Positions 9,411-19,494 of a DNA stretch of 64,000 bases are shown one piece after another. The stretch comes from Allosphingosinicella sp. (lineage in GTDB: Bacteria; Pseudomonadota; Alphaproteobacteria; Sphingomonadales; Sphingomonadaceae). The position numbers and the translations under genes are program-made. The notes under the pieces were generated by a model that was given only the letters and a program-made list of their open reading frames with translations, was not told the origin of the DNA and ran no database searches. How positions within the stretch are numbered: position 1 is the stretch's first letter; each line of letters begins with the position of its first letter. The DNA is taken from assembly GCA_036399095.1 (NCBI GenBank), contig DASWNT010000022.1, forward strand, positions 9,309-73,308, written 5' to 3'.

Positions 9411-12035
9411 TCAGCCGAGCCGCGCGAGCGCCGCCCGATATTTATCCGCGTCCGAGGCCTTCTCGGCATGGTCGGCGCGGGCTTTCTCCACTGCTTCCGG
9501 CTTGGCGCGTTCAACGAAGCTTGGGTTGTTCAGGCGCCCGGCAAGGCCGTCGCGCTCCTTTTCCGCCGCTTGCAGCGCCTTTGACAAGCGGGAGCGCTCC
9601 GCTTCGATGTCGATCACGCCTTCGAGCGGCAGGATGAAGGTCGCTTCGTCCACCACCACCTGGGCGGCGCCGCCCGAGGCTTCGGCGAAGCTGACGCTCT
9701 CGATGCGCGCGAGCCGCCTCAGCGCCGCTTCGTTGCGCGCAAGCCGCGCCCCCGTCTGTTCGCCGCCGTCGCGGACGTGGAGGGCGAGCTTGGCGCCCGG
9801 TGGGACATTCAATTCGGTGCGGGCGGCGCGGATGCCGCTCACCAGGCGGATCAGCCAGTCCACTTCCGGCCCGGCCTCCGGATCGAGCGCGCGGGCGTCC
9901 GGCATCGGCCATTTGGCGTGGATCAGGGGATAGGGCCTCTCGCCTAGAGCGTTCCAAAGCTCTTCGGTGATGAAGGGCATGAACGGGTGGAGCATGACCA
10001 AAATCTGGTCCAGCACCCAGCCGGCGACGGCCTTCGTCTCCTCGTCGATCTGCCCCTTGATCAGCTCCAGATACCAGTCGCAGAAGCTGCCCCAGACGAA
10101 ATGGTAGAGGGTGTTGGCGCTTTCGTCGAAGCGCAGTTCGGCGAGCGCGAGGTCGAGCGCCTGCACCGTTTTCACCGTTTCGCCGACGATCCAGCGGTTC
10201 ACCGGGAGCTGCGCCTGCGGCGGCTCAAGCGAGGCGCTCGCGCCGATGCCGTTGGACTGGCAGAAGCGGGCGGCGTTCCACAGCTTGGTCGCGAAATTGC
10301 GGTAGCCTTCGATGCGTTTCTCATCGAGCTTGATGTCGCGGCCCTGGCTTTCCATCGCGGACAGCGTGAAGCGCAACGCGTCGGCACCGAAGCGGTCGAT
10401 CAGGCCGAGCGGATCGACCGTATTTCCCTTCGACTTCGACATCTTGGCGCCCTTGGCGTCCCGCACCAGGCCGTGGAGGTAGAGCGTCTTCCACGGCGCC
10501 TCCCCCATGAAGTGGATGCCCTGCATCGCCATCCTGGCGTCCCAGAAAAAGATGATGTCGAAGCCGGAAATCAGCACGTCGTTGGGGTAATGGCGGCGCA
10601 GCATCTGCGTTTCCTCGGGCCAGCCGAGGGTGCCGAAGGGCCAGAGGGCGGAGGAGAACCAGGTGTCGAGCACGTCGCTGTCGCGGCGCAGGGTTACGCC
10701 TTCGCCGGCCTCCGCCTGCGCTTCCGCTTCGGTTTCGGCGACATAGCATTTGCCGCTTTCGTCGTACCAGGCGGGGATCTGGTGGCCCCACCAGAGCTGT
10801 CGCGAAACGCACCAGGGCTGGATGTTTTCGAGCCAGTTGAACCAGGTTTTCTCCCAGGTCTTGGGCACGACCTTGATCTTGCCGGAGCGCACCGCTTCGA
10901 TCGCCGGCTGGGCGAGCGTGTGTGCATCGACATACCATTGGTCGGTGAGCCAGGGCTCGATCACCACGCCGGAGCGGTCGCCATAGGGCGTCTGGATGAC
11001 TCGGTCCTCGACCCGCTCGAGCAGCCCCTCCGCCTCCAGCCGCTCGACCACGGCCTGGCGGGCCTCGAAGCGGTCGAGGCCGAGCAGATCGGCTGGGATA
11101 AGGCCGTCGGCGGTTTGCACAATCTTGGCATCGGCGCTGAGCATGTTGAGCATGTCGGCGGCCTTGATGCCGGCGCGCTTGCCGACTTCGAAGTCGTTGA
11201 AGTCGTGGCCGGGCGTGATTTTCACCGCGCCGGAGCCGAGTTCCGGGTCGGCATGTTCGTCGGCGACGATAGGGATGAGGCGGCCGGTGATCGGCAGGCG
11301 GATTCGCTTGCCGACAAGCGCCGTGTAGCGCGGATCCTCCGGATGCACGGCAACCGCCATGTCGGCGAGCATCGTCTCGGGCCGGGTGGTTGCGACAAGG
11401 ATGTGGCCGGAGCCGTCCTCCAGCGGGTAGCGCAAGTGCCAGAACTTGCCCTGCACTTCGCGGGTTTCGACTTCGAGGTCGGAGATTGCGGTGCCGAACT
11501 TCGGGTCCCAGTTCACCAGCCGCTTGTCGCGGTAGAGCAGGCCTTCGCGGTGGAGCTGGACGAACACCTTGAGCACGCCGGCGGAGAAGCCTTCGTCCAT
11601 GGTGAAGCGCTCGTTCGCCCAGTCGCACGAGGCGCCGAGGCGGCGGAGCTGGCGGGTGATCTGGCCGCCGGACTGCGCCTTCCACTCCCAGACATGCTCG
11701 ATGAAAGCTTCGCGGCCCATGTCGGTGCGCTTCACGCCCTGGCTTTCCAGGTTGCGCTCCACCACCATCTGCGTGGCGATGCCGGCATGGTCCATGCCGA
11801 CGACCCACAGCGCGTCCTTGCCCTTCAGCCGCGCGTGGCGGACGAGAATGTCCTGGAGCGTGTTGTCGAGCGCGTGGCCGATGTGCAGCGATCCCGTGAC
11901 GTTCGGCGGCGGGATGACGATGGTGAAGGGCTCGGCGTCCGGGCGCTCGGGGCGGAACATGCCCTCCCCTTCCCAGCGGGCATACCAATGCGCCTCGATG
12001 GCGGCGGGATCGAAGGTTTTGGGAAGTTCGGTCAT
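9411..12035 (-). CDS. valS: valine--tRNA ligase
   Basis: 874 aa with HIGH motif [19 protein letters not shown] motif [10 protein letters not shown] and a C-terminal coiled coil. Confidence 0.96.
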   Translation of the reverse strand: MTELPKTFDPAAIEAHWYARWEGEGMFRPERPDAEPFTIVIPPPNVTGSLHIGHALDNTLQDILVRHARLKGKDALWVVGMDHAGIATQMVVERNLESQGVKRTDMGREAFIEHVWEWKAQSGGQITRQLRRLGASCDWANERFTMDEGFSAGVLKVFVQLHREGLLYRDKRLVNWDPKFGTAISDLEVETREVQGKFWHLRYPLEDGSGHILVATTRPETMLADMAVAVHPEDPRYTALVGKRIRLPITGRLIPIVADEHADPELGSGAVKITPGHDFNDFEVGKRAGIKAADMLNMLSADAKIVQTADGLIPADLLGLDRFEARQAVVERLEAEGLLERVEDRVIQTPYGDRSGVVIEPWLTDQWYVDAHTLAQPAIEAVRSGKIKVVPKTWEKTWFNWLENIQPWCVSRQLWWGHQIPAWYDESGKCYVAETEAEAQAEAGEGVTLRRDSDVLDTWFSSALWPFGTLGWPEETQMLRRHYPNDVLISGFDIIFFWDARMAMQGIHFMGEAPWKTLYLHGLVRDAKGAKMSKSKGNTVDPLGLIDRFGADALRFTLSAMESQGRDIKLDEKRIEGYRNFATKLWNAARFCQSNGIGASASLEPPQAQLPVNRWIVGETVKTVQALDLALAELRFDESANTLYHFVWGSFCDWYLELIKGQIDEETKAVAGWVLDQILVMLHPFMPFITEELWNALGERPYPLIHAKWPMPDARALDPEAGPEVDWLIRLVSGIRAARTELNVPPGAKLALHVRDGGEQTGARLARNEAALRRLARIESVSFAEASGGAAQVVVDEATFILPLEGVIDIEAERSRLSKALQAAEKERDGLAGRLNNPSFVERAKPEAVEKARADHAEKASDADKYRAALARLG

Positions 12036-12083
12036 GGGCGCGGCTTAGACGAAGCAAAGCCGCGCGGGCAATGGTGAGGGCGC

Positions 12084-12491
12084 CTAGAGGCTCTTGCCGG
12101 TGATGCGGGCGATTTCGCGGGTGACGAGGTCTTCCACGATCTCGGGGAGGTGGCGGTCCAGCCAGTCCTTGAGCATCGGCTTCAGCATTTCGCGCACCAC
12201 GCCCTCCAGCGGGCCATCGCCTTGCGGGAGAGCGGGTTCGCTGCGTTCGCGGAGTGCAGATAAAGCGGCGAGCGACTGGCGGCTTGCTTCGGCGACGTCG
12301 CTGGAGATCAGGCCGTCGGCTTCCGTCACCGGATCGGAAAGCTCCAGCACGTCGTCCTCGGACGGCCGGGTGTCCGCAGGACGGGTGGCGCGGGCGGGGC
12401 GAGACCCGTTCACGCGCCCGTCCTCGGCGATCACTTTCTTGATGGAAGCCAGAATGTCTTCCATCGACGGTTCGTGGTTAATGTCCCCCAT
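12084..12491 (-). CDS. popZ: DUF2497 / PopZ-like pole-organising protein
   Basis: N-terminal EPSMEDILASIKKVIAED and C-terminal MLKPMLKDWLDRHLPEIVEDLV resemble Caulobacter PopZ. The middle is acidic and Pro-rich. Start is the ATG at 12491. Confidence 0.65.
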   Translation of the reverse strand: MGDINHEPSMEDILASIKKVIAEDGRVNGSRPARATRPADTRPSEDDVLELSDPVTEADGLISSDVAEASRQSLAALSALRERSEPALPQGDGPLEGVVREMLKPMLKDWLDRHLPEIVEDLVTREIARITGKSL

Positions 12492-12508
12492 GATGAGCGG
12501 GTTATTGC

Positions 12509-13930
12509 TCAATTTTGAGACGGTGTCACGGGGGAGTTTGCCGGGGTAGTAGCCGTACGGGTGGAGACCGCGGCGGGCACTGGATCGTCGGCCCAATCGG
12601 ACCAGCGCCGCGAGACGCGGTTGTAATTCGCCACCGGATCGTAAAGCGCGCCGCCGTCGAGGTTCAGATCCTCCGCTTCGGCGCGGCCCATTGCGTTGAG
12701 GAGCTGGAAGCCGGCGACATAAGCGTCGCGCCGGGCGGTGACGAGCGCCACCTGGCTGTTGAGCAGCTCCTGCTCGGCATTCAGCACGTCGAGCACGTTG
12801 CGGGTGCCCACCGTCTGCTCGGCGCGGGTGCCTTCAAGCGCAAGCGTGTTGGCGTTGACCGCGATCTGGTTCGATTCGATCGCTTCCTGCGCCGCCCGGT
12901 AGCTCGCGAAGGCGGCGCGTGTGTTGGCAACGACCAGCCGCTCGATCTCGACGCCGCGTTCCAGGAACTGGCTCTGCACCGCCTGCGCCCGGCGCACCTG
13001 AGCACTGACTAAACCGCCCTGATAGATCGGAATGCGGGCCTGGAGGCCGACGCTGGAGGTGGTGGCGCTGGAGCCCGACCCCGAGGGGGAGGAGCCGAGA
13101 TAGTTGATATAATCGCTGCTCGACACGCCCGACACAGTCGGCAGGCGGTCGGCGCGGGCGATGGATACGTCGCGGCCGGCGGCGCGGATCTGCGCGGCGA
13201 TCGACACCAGATCGCTGTTGTTGGCGAGCGCGATGTCTTCGGCCTGCTCTGCGGTAGCCGGCAGCGCCGGAAGAACCGGCGGCGGATCGAGTTCGTCGGG
13301 AAGCTCGCCGATCACCCGGCGATAATTTTCCTCGCTGCCCTGAAGGCGCCCTTCGGCGGTGGCGAGGCTCGACTGGGCAAGGGCAAGCCGCGCTTCCGAC
13401 TGCGCAACGTCCGTGCGGGTCAGATCGCCTACTTCGAAACGGTCGCGGGTGGCCTGGAGGTTGGTTTCCAGCACCCGAACCTGGTTGCGGTTCAAGGTGA
13501 CGATTGAGCGGTCGCGGATCACGTCCATGTAGGCGCTCACCGTTTCCGTGAAGATGTCGCCTTCGGTTGCGCGCAAATTGGCACGGCCGGCGAGGACGCG
13601 TTCGTCCGCGGCGCGGATCGAGTTGCGCACCCGGCCACCGTTGAAGATTTCATAGCCGATATCCACGCCGACATTGACGCTGCGCCCGGGCGCGGCGCCG
13701 CGCCGGATGAGGTTTTGGTTGACCCCGCCGGTGCCCGAAATCTGCGGCCGTCCGAGCGCACGCGCCACCGAGACGCCTTCGTCGAGCGAGCGCAATTGCG
13801 CGCGCTGCGCCATGATCGTCGGGTTCGTGTTGTATGTCTGAATCAGCGCATCGCGAAGCGTATCCGCTTGCGCTGCCCCGCCCGCCAGCAATGCCGCAGC
13901 TCCCGCCGCCGCTAAAAGCCCACCCCGCAT
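12509..13930 (-). CDS. tolC: TolC-family outer membrane efflux protein
   Basis: Signal peptide MRGGLLAAAGAAALLAGGAAQA followed by a duplicated alpha/beta TolC repeat architecture (DTLRDALIQTYNTNP...). Confidence 0.85.
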   Translation of the reverse strand: MRGGLLAAAGAAALLAGGAAQADTLRDALIQTYNTNPTIMAQRAQLRSLDEGVSVARALGRPQISGTGGVNQNLIRRGAAPGRSVNVGVDIGYEIFNGGRVRNSIRAADERVLAGRANLRATEGDIFTETVSAYMDVIRDRSIVTLNRNQVRVLETNLQATRDRFEVGDLTRTDVAQSEARLALAQSSLATAEGRLQGSEENYRRVIGELPDELDPPPVLPALPATAEQAEDIALANNSDLVSIAAQIRAAGRDVSIARADRLPTVSGVSSSDYINYLGSSPSGSGSSATTSSVGLQARIPIYQGGLVSAQVRRAQAVQSQFLERGVEIERLVVANTRAAFASYRAAQEAIESNQIAVNANTLALEGTRAEQTVGTRNVLDVLNAEQELLNSQVALVTARRDAYVAGFQLLNAMGRAEAEDLNLDGGALYDPVANYNRVSRRWSDWADDPVPAAVSTRTATTPANSPVTPSQN

Positions 13931-13946
13931 TCGCTCTACTCCGCTC

Positions 13947-14597
13947 TTAAAATGTGAAAGTCTTCGGCTTCGCGAATTCCGGCAGGATCGCCGCGGCCGC
14001 GTCGGTAAACGCAGCCGTGCCGAACCCCTCTCCTGCCTTGCGCCCCAGCGAAAGCCGCGAAACCCCGTTTTCCAAAACCGCTGCCGCAAGCCGACCCCCA
14101 TCGACCAATTGCGCGATCAGCGCCTCCGGCACGAACTCCACCGCACCGTCGATCAAAATCAGGTCGTACGGCCCGCCCTCGGCATAGCCTTCGGTCAGCG
14201 GCCCCTCGATCAACGTCACCGGATAGCCGGCAAGCGCTTTCCGCGCAAAGGCGGCAAGCTCCGGATCCTGCTCAACCGCCGTCACCGACCCGACCAGGCG
14301 CGACAGGATCGCGGCCGCGTAACCGGTGGCGGCACCGACAACCAGCGCCCGCTCCCCTTCGCGGGTGTCCGCTTCGGTGAGCAAACGACCGAGCGCCATC
14401 GGGTTGTTGAGGTGGCGCGTCGCCGTCAGCGGCACCAGCGCATCCGCATAAGCAAGCGCCCTTTTTCCTTCCGGCATAAACCGTTCACGCGCCACTTCGC
14501 CGAAGGCGGCAAGCACGCGCGGATCGTTGGTGCCCGTGGTGCGGAGCAGGTTCGCGATCATGGCGCGGCGCATGTGGTCGAAATTATGTTCGGTCAT
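13947..14597 (-). CDS. pcm: protein-L-isoaspartate O-methyltransferase family protein
   Basis: SAM-binding block ERALVVGAATGYAAAILS and DLILIDGAVE. tolC-pcm adjacency is common in alphaproteobacteria. Confidence 0.75.
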   Translation of the reverse strand: MTEHNFDHMRRAMIANLLRTTGTNDPRVLAAFGEVARERFMPEGKRALAYADALVPLTATRHLNNPMALGRLLTEADTREGERALVVGAATGYAAAILSRLVGSVTAVEQDPELAAFARKALAGYPVTLIEGPLTEGYAEGGPYDLILIDGAVEFVPEALIAQLVDGGRLAAAVLENGVSRLSLGRKAGEGFGTAAFTDAAAAILPEFAKPKTFTF

Positions 14598-14877
14598 CGG
14601 GCTCTCAATCGCACAACTGTCTTACGGATGCAACACACTGTGATCCGGCTCTCGTTCTTATCGGCTCACTGCAAGCAAACCAAGCATTCTCCACCATCGG
14701 ACTACCGCTTGTGAACAGCAAGAGCCGTGCCAGCGCTGGGGCCTTTGAGCACGGCTTTGCGCAAGCGCTGTGCTGTCCGGAAGCGGACAGGGGCTGTGCG
14801 GCGGCGGACAGGCTAAGCGGGCAGCCATGCCTTAACTGTTGACTTGCCGCCGCTTCCCTTCCAATTCGGCGCCCGGC

Positions 14878-14951
14878 GGCCCGATGGCGGAGTGGTTACG
14901 CAGAGGACTGCAAATCCTTGCACGCCGGTTCGATTCCGGCTCGGGCCTCCA
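14878..14951 (+). tRNA. tRNA-Cys (anticodon GCA), CCA encoded
   Basis: GGCCCGATGGCGGAGTGGTTACGCAGAGGACTGCAAATCCTTGCACGCCGGTTCGATTCCGGCTCGGGCCTCCA. The acceptor stem GGCCCGA/TCGGGCC pairs perfectly, and the anticodon loop is CTGCAAA. Confidence 0.9.
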
Positions 14952-15059
14952 TCTCCAACACAGATGTGGCGCAACGCGCCGTTACCGGTTCTCCCGATGC
15001 GCGTTCGGGCGTAGGCAAAGCCGCGCCGGCGGTTTTTGCGCTGTTGAAGGGAGCAAGGC

Positions 15060-17189
15060 ATGGCCGAGTATCAGCTGATCAGCGGCATCGAAGTGGACAC
15101 CCGGCTGCTCCGCTTCCTTGAGGATGAGGCGCTGCCGGGCACCGGAATCGAAGCGCCTGCCTTTTGGTCCGGTTTTTCCGCTTTGCTGCGTGAGCTGACG
15201 CCGGAGAACCGCCGCCTGCTGCGGGAACGGGGGAGGCTGCAGCGGCTAATCGACGGGCGGAATGAGGGGTTAGGCGGCAAGGTGCCCTCCCCTGCCGAGG
15301 AAGAAGAGTTTCTGCGCGAGATCGGCTATCTGGTCGATCCGCCCGCGCCGTTCGCCGTCGGTACGTCCGGCGTCGATCCGGAGGTGGGGACGATTGCCGG
15401 ACCGCAACTGGTGGTTCCGCTCAGCAACGCCCGCTATGCGCTCAACGCCGCCAATGCACGCTGGGGGAGCCTGTACGATGCGCTCTACGGCACGGACGCG
15501 CTTGGGCCGCCGGCGGTGGTCGGCGGCTACGACGAAGCGCGGGGGGCGGAGGCGATCGCCTGGGGGCGGCGCTTTTTGGACGAGGTCGCGCCGCTCACCG
15601 GTGGAAGCCATGCGGACGTGTCCTTCTACCGGATCGAGGGGGGCGCTCTGGTTACCGATCTCGGCGGCCTTGCCGACCCGTCGCTGCTCGCCGGCTGGCG
15701 CGGCGACAACATCCTGCTGCGCCACAACAACCTCCATCTTGAGGTCGTCGTCGACGCCGAACACCCGATCGGCCGCACCGACAAAGCAGGAGTCGCCGAC
15801 ATCCTGCTGGAAAGCGCCGTCACCGCGATCATGGATTGCGAGGATTCGGTCGCGGCGGTGGACGCGGAGGAGAAGGTGGCCGTCTACCGCAACTGGCTCG
15901 GGCTGATGAAGGGGGACCTCCAGGCCCGCTTCACCAAGGACGGCAAGGCGGTTGAACGGCGGCTGGCGGAGGATCGCGAATTCGAGGCGCCGGGCGGCGG
16001 TACGCTGACGCTCAAGGGACGAGCGCTGATGTTCGTGCGCAATGTCGGCCACCTGATGACCAACAAGATGCTCCTAATCGACGGCGAGGAGGTGTATGAA
16101 GGGCTGGCCGACGCGGTGATCACGACATTGTGCGCGCTGCACGACATCAAGGGAACCCGCCGCAACAGCGCCGCCGGGGCGGTCTATATCGTTAAGCCGA
16201 AGATGCACGGGCCGGAGGAAGCCGCGTTCGCGGACCGCCTGTGCAACCGCACGGAAGATCTACTCGGCCTGCCGCGTCATTCGATCAAGATCGGCGTGAT
16301 GGACGAGGAGCGGCGCACGTCCGTCAACCTCGCGGCAACGATCCGGGCGGTGAGCGAGCGGGTGGCGTTCATCAACACCGGCTTCCTGGATCGCACCGGC
16401 GACGAGATCCACACGTCGCTGAAGATCGGTCCGGCGATCCGGAAGATGGAAATGAAGCAGGCGGGGTGGCTCGCCGCGTATGAGGACAACAATGTCGACA
16501 CCGGCCTCGCCTGCGGCTTTGCGGGGCGGGCGCAGATCGGCAAGGGCATGTGGGCGATGCCGGACCGGATGGCGGCCATGCTGAAGGACAAGATCGCTCA
16601 TCCGCGGGCGGGCGCAAGCACCGCGTGGGTGCCGTCGCCGACCGCCGCGACCTTGCACGCCGTCCATTACCACCACGTCGATGTCGCGGGCCGGCAGCGG
16701 GAGCTGGCGGCGCGGGCCCCCAGGCCGGTTGAAGACATGCTCGCCATCCCGATCGCCGTCGCCCCCGCCTGGTCGGCCGGCGAGATCCGCGAAGAGCTGG
16801 AGAACAACCTTCAGGGCATCTTGGGCTACGTCGTGCGCTGGGTCGAGCAAGGCGTCGGCTGTTCCACCGTCCCCGACATTCACGACGTCGGCCTGATGGA
16901 AGATCGCGCCACCTGCCGCATTTCAAGCCAGCATGTCGCCAATTGGCTGCTCCACGGCGTGGTGACCGCCGAAGAGGTCGAGGCGGCGCTGGTTCGAATG
17001 GCGGCGGTGGTGGACCGGCAAAATAACGCCGATCCGAACTATCGGCCAATGGCTCCGGCACCCGAAACAAGCATCCCGTTCAAAGCCGCACGGGCGCTTG
17101 TGCTGGAAGGGGCGGCGCAGCCTTCCGGCTACACCGAGCCCCTTCTCCACGCCCACCGGCTCATGATGAAGAACAAGGCCGGAGCTTAA
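15060..17189 (+). CDS. glcB: malate synthase G
   Basis: 709 aa. The typical GlcB N-terminus is followed by [33 protein letters not shown], the [12 protein letters not shown] motif and [16 protein letters not shown]. Confidence 0.94.
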   Translation: MAEYQLISGIEVDTRLLRFLEDEALPGTGIEAPAFWSGFSALLRELTPENRRLLRERGRLQRLIDGRNEGLGGKVPSPAEEEEFLREIGYLVDPPAPFAVGTSGVDPEVGTIAGPQLVVPLSNARYALNAANARWGSLYDALYGTDALGPPAVVGGYDEARGAEAIAWGRRFLDEVAPLTGGSHADVSFYRIEGGALVTDLGGLADPSLLAGWRGDNILLRHNNLHLEVVVDAEHPIGRTDKAGVADILLESAVTAIMDCEDSVAAVDAEEKVAVYRNWLGLMKGDLQARFTKDGKAVERRLAEDREFEAPGGGTLTLKGRALMFVRNVGHLMTNKMLLIDGEEVYEGLADAVITTLCALHDIKGTRRNSAAGAVYIVKPKMHGPEEAAFADRLCNRTEDLLGLPRHSIKIGVMDEERRTSVNLAATIRAVSERVAFINTGFLDRTGDEIHTSLKIGPAIRKMEMKQAGWLAAYEDNNVDTGLACGFAGRAQIGKGMWAMPDRMAAMLKDKIAHPRAGASTAWVPSPTAATLHAVHYHHVDVAGRQRELAARAPRPVEDMLAIPIAVAPAWSAGEIREELENNLQGILGYVVRWVEQGVGCSTVPDIHDVGLMEDRATCRISSQHVANWLLHGVVTAEEVEAALVRMAAVVDRQNNADPNYRPMAPAPETSIPFKAARALVLEGAAQPSGYTEPLLHAHRLMMKNKAGA

Positions 17190-18115
17190 GCGGCCATCCC
17201 CTGCTCGACCCAGCTGCGCCCGGCCCGGACCAGCTGGGCTTCGCGCGCCGCCAGAGCCGCGGCCATGCCGGTGAGGCGCCCAGCCGCTTCTTCGTAAACC
17301 GCAATCCGGCTGTCGATGTCGGGCGCGGCGGCCGCTTTCGCGCGCCAGGCGGCGAAGCGAATCCGGTCGCTCGGGTGGCGAACCGCAAAGTCTTCGACCA
17401 GATCTTGCCCATTGCCGCCGCCGAACACACCGGCGAGGCGCACCAGCGTTTCCAGCGCGGACGGGTTCACCAGGCTCGCCACCCGGTTGGACGCGAGATC
17501 GAAGCGATACTGGTCCTGAAATTCGCTCGCCGGCGTTGCGGCCATGATGTTGAGCGACACGGAAAGGCTGTCCGGCGGAAGCTGGCTGTGGACGTCGAGA
17601 TGCTTGCGGTAGAGCAGCACCTTGCCTTCGGACAGGCAGGAGCGCTCGATGAAGCGCAGGTCCACCTCCTCGCCGGGGACGCCCATCACGCGGTCATAAT
17701 CATATTCGTAATAATCGCTCCAATAGCCGGGGCCGAGATAGCCGACGGTGAGAAAGCTGAAATTATGGTCGTGCGGCACTTCGTAGAAGAAGGGGTCCGG
17801 GCCGCTGTTTGCGTAAACGCTGTCGGATTGCGACGGCCACAGGTTGGCGCGGATCACGAAATCCCGCTGGATATGGAGCAGGATGACCTGCGAGCTATAT
17901 TGGTTGCGCGCGGTCTGGCCCATACAATGCTGCTTCAGTTCCGCGATGGCGAGATCGCCGAGGAAGCGGCGGTTATTGCCGAGCTGGCGCAGCGCCGGGC
18001 CCCATTGGACAAGCCCTTCTTCGTCGCGGGGATCGAAGCGGCCCTGCAGCGTTTCCACCAGATCGGCGAGTTCGATGGCGGACTTGTCCTCGCCGCAGTT
18101 GATGGTCAGGGGCAT
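17186..18115 (-). CDS. uncharacterised protein with cupin-like His motif (309 aa)
   Basis: Coding-like GC3. The start is 1 nt after the upstream stop. Motifs [23 protein letters not shown] and [12 protein letters not shown] suggest an H-x-H...H metal site. I recognise no family. Confidence 0.7.
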   Translation of the reverse strand: MPLTINCGEDKSAIELADLVETLQGRFDPRDEEGLVQWGPALRQLGNNRRFLGDLAIAELKQHCMGQTARNQYSSQVILLHIQRDFVIRANLWPSQSDSVYANSGPDPFFYEVPHDHNFSFLTVGYLGPGYWSDYYEYDYDRVMGVPGEEVDLRFIERSCLSEGKVLLYRKHLDVHSQLPPDSLSVSLNIMAATPASEFQDQYRFDLASNRVASLVNPSALETLVRLAGVFGGGNGQDLVEDFAVRHPSDRIRFAAWRAKAAAAPDIDSRIAVYEEAAGRLTGMAAALAAREAQLVRAGRSWVEQGMAA

Positions 18116-18116
18116 A

Positions 18117-19112
18117 TCAGTTCACCTCGAATTCGGGCTGCCGCGCCTCGGCGTCGGCGGGGAAGCAAGCTGCAAGCGTTGCGCCGGCGGTGGCGCGGAC
18201 TTCCGGGTGAGGGTCCCCCTCGGCCATGGCCTGGAGGTGCGGCAGCGCGGCTTCGGCATCGAGCGCGAGCAATTCGCGCATCGCCTGCCAGCGGGCGTAG
18301 AAATGCGGGTTGTCCAGCATCTCGATCATTACCGGCACCGCGTCGGCGCGGTCCATGGTGCGAAGCATGGCCAGCATCATCTGGGTCCGGCTGCTGATCT
18401 CGTCGGTGCTGCTTGCGCCGACCAGTTCGAACGTGTCGGAGTCATATTCAACCGTTACCGGCGCACGCTCCACGTTCACCGTCGCCTGGAGGTAGAAGAG
18501 GTCGCCGGTGGCGTGTTCGATGACGAAGCTGTGCTTGCGGCCGTCGATCTCCAGCAGCTCGCCGTCTTCGATGCGGCGGCGTTCCACCATGCGGCAGCGG
18601 CTGGAGGCGGTTGCGGTGAAGCCGGCCTCGATCTGCGGCGCTTCCCAAAAGGAGAAGGTGGCGCCGCCCGAGCGGATGAACTTGTAGAGCGACCGGTGGC
18701 CCGGGAATACGATCGAGCGCGCGCCGTCGCGGCCGAGGCGCTTCGCGGCCAGTGCATCGGCGGGCATCACCGCGGCGAACAGCAGCAAAGCCGGCGTCTC
18801 AACCAGCAGAATCCCGGAGTGGATGGGGCTCGAGAGACTGCGCAGAGCCGGGCGGAAGAAAGGGTCGGTCGCGGCGGCGCCGATCAGGTGGGAGAACAGA
18901 TCGGCGAGACCCTGCTCGTCCGCCATTGCCCGCTCGGCACAGGCGAGCACGTCGGCGGCGCGGGGCTGCGGCAGCGCCTCCAGGCTTTCGCGCAAGCCGC
19001 GAACGAACGGCAGCGCCTTGAGCTCGGCGGAGACCTCGCTGAACAGATCGAGGGTGGCGTTCTGCGCGCGCGGATCGGAGAGCCAGCGGCGCAATTCCTC
19101 TCGTGGCATCAT
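18117..19112 (-). CDS. uncharacterised protein with C-terminal HEAT-like repeats (331 aa from ATG 19112)
   Basis: GAGGA lies 8 nt upstream of ATG 19112, while the TTG at 19130 has no RBS. C-terminal DRADAVPVMIEMLDNPHFYARWQAMRELLALDAEAALPHLQAMAEGDPHPEVRATA is HEAT-like. Confidence 0.7.
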   Translation of the reverse strand: MMPREELRRWLSDPRAQNATLDLFSEVSAELKALPFVRGLRESLEALPQPRAADVLACAERAMADEQGLADLFSHLIGAAATDPFFRPALRSLSSPIHSGILLVETPALLLFAAVMPADALAAKRLGRDGARSIVFPGHRSLYKFIRSGGATFSFWEAPQIEAGFTATASSRCRMVERRRIEDGELLEIDGRKHSFVIEHATGDLFYLQATVNVERAPVTVEYDSDTFELVGASSTDEISSRTQMMLAMLRTMDRADAVPVMIEMLDNPHFYARWQAMRELLALDAEAALPHLQAMAEGDPHPEVRATAGATLAACFPADAEARQPEFEVN

Positions 19113-19133
19113 GATCGTGTTTCCTCGCAACCG

Positions 19134-19161
19134 AAGGGAGAGACCCGAAGGTCCCTCCCCT
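19134..19161 (-). promoter_or_regulatory. 12-bp stem / UUCG tetraloop RNA hairpin between the peptide ORF and downstream genes
   Basis: Minus-sense AGGGGAGGGACC-UUCG-GGUCUCUCCCUU. Its two G-U wobbles would be A-C mismatches in the plus sense. There is no U-tract. It lies 7 nt after the peptide stop. Confidence 0.6.
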
Positions 19162-19168
19162 CTTTGGC

Positions 19169-19297
19169 TCAGCCGGTGATGAGCACGACGATGACGCCGG
19201 CGCAGGCCGCGCCGCCGACTTCGCGCTGCTTGGCGGAGCCGTGGATGCCGACCTTGGTGGCCAGTTCCGGAAGCGTGTTGATGTCAATCTTCTTCAT
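19169..19297 (-). CDS. 42-aa peptide MKKIDINTLPELATKVGIHGSAKQREVGGAACAGVIVVLITG
   Basis: GGAAGGA lies 6 nt upstream of the ATG. 38 of 42 codons end in G/C. It is the first ORF of a tightly spaced three-gene unit. Confidence 0.55.
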   Translation of the reverse strand: MKKIDINTLPELATKVGIHGSAKQREVGGAACAGVIVVLITG

Positions 19298-19436
19298 GGT
19301 CGTTCCTTCCACTGTTTGAAGGAGCGACGACGTTTCGCTTGGCCTGAACCGCACGAAGCTTCGCAGCTCCGGTCATTCAGTCTCGGGCTCTGACCATTCC
19401 TGTCTGAAGAGCATCGCGTAAGTTGTGGATTCAAAA

Positions 19437-19492
19437 GGGGAATTCCACCGGAAAATCCGGGTATGCGGCGGGAAATAGATGTGGAAATTCCC
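19437..19492 (-). promoter_or_regulatory. pair of GGAATTCC-type palindromes forming a long-range inverted repeat
   Basis: The arms are GGGGAATTCCACC (19437-19449) and GTGGAAATTCCC (19481-19492). Read on the minus strand, the second arm is followed by TTTT. The repeat sits 3 nt after the anti-sigma-like stop. Confidence 0.4.
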
Positions 19493-19494
19493 GC

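Noticed and set aside
9987-12077. 696-aa plus-strand ORF (and 578-aa minus-frame ORF 10321..12057) overlapping valS
   Set aside because: valS is unambiguous, with HIGH and KMSKS motifs. These are antisense or out-of-frame shadows without motifs.
14839-14870. Putative sigma-70 promoter for tRNA-Cys (TTGACT-N17-CAATTC)
   Set aside because: The -35 hexamer is good but the -10 is poor. It is not reported as a feature without experimental or comparative support.
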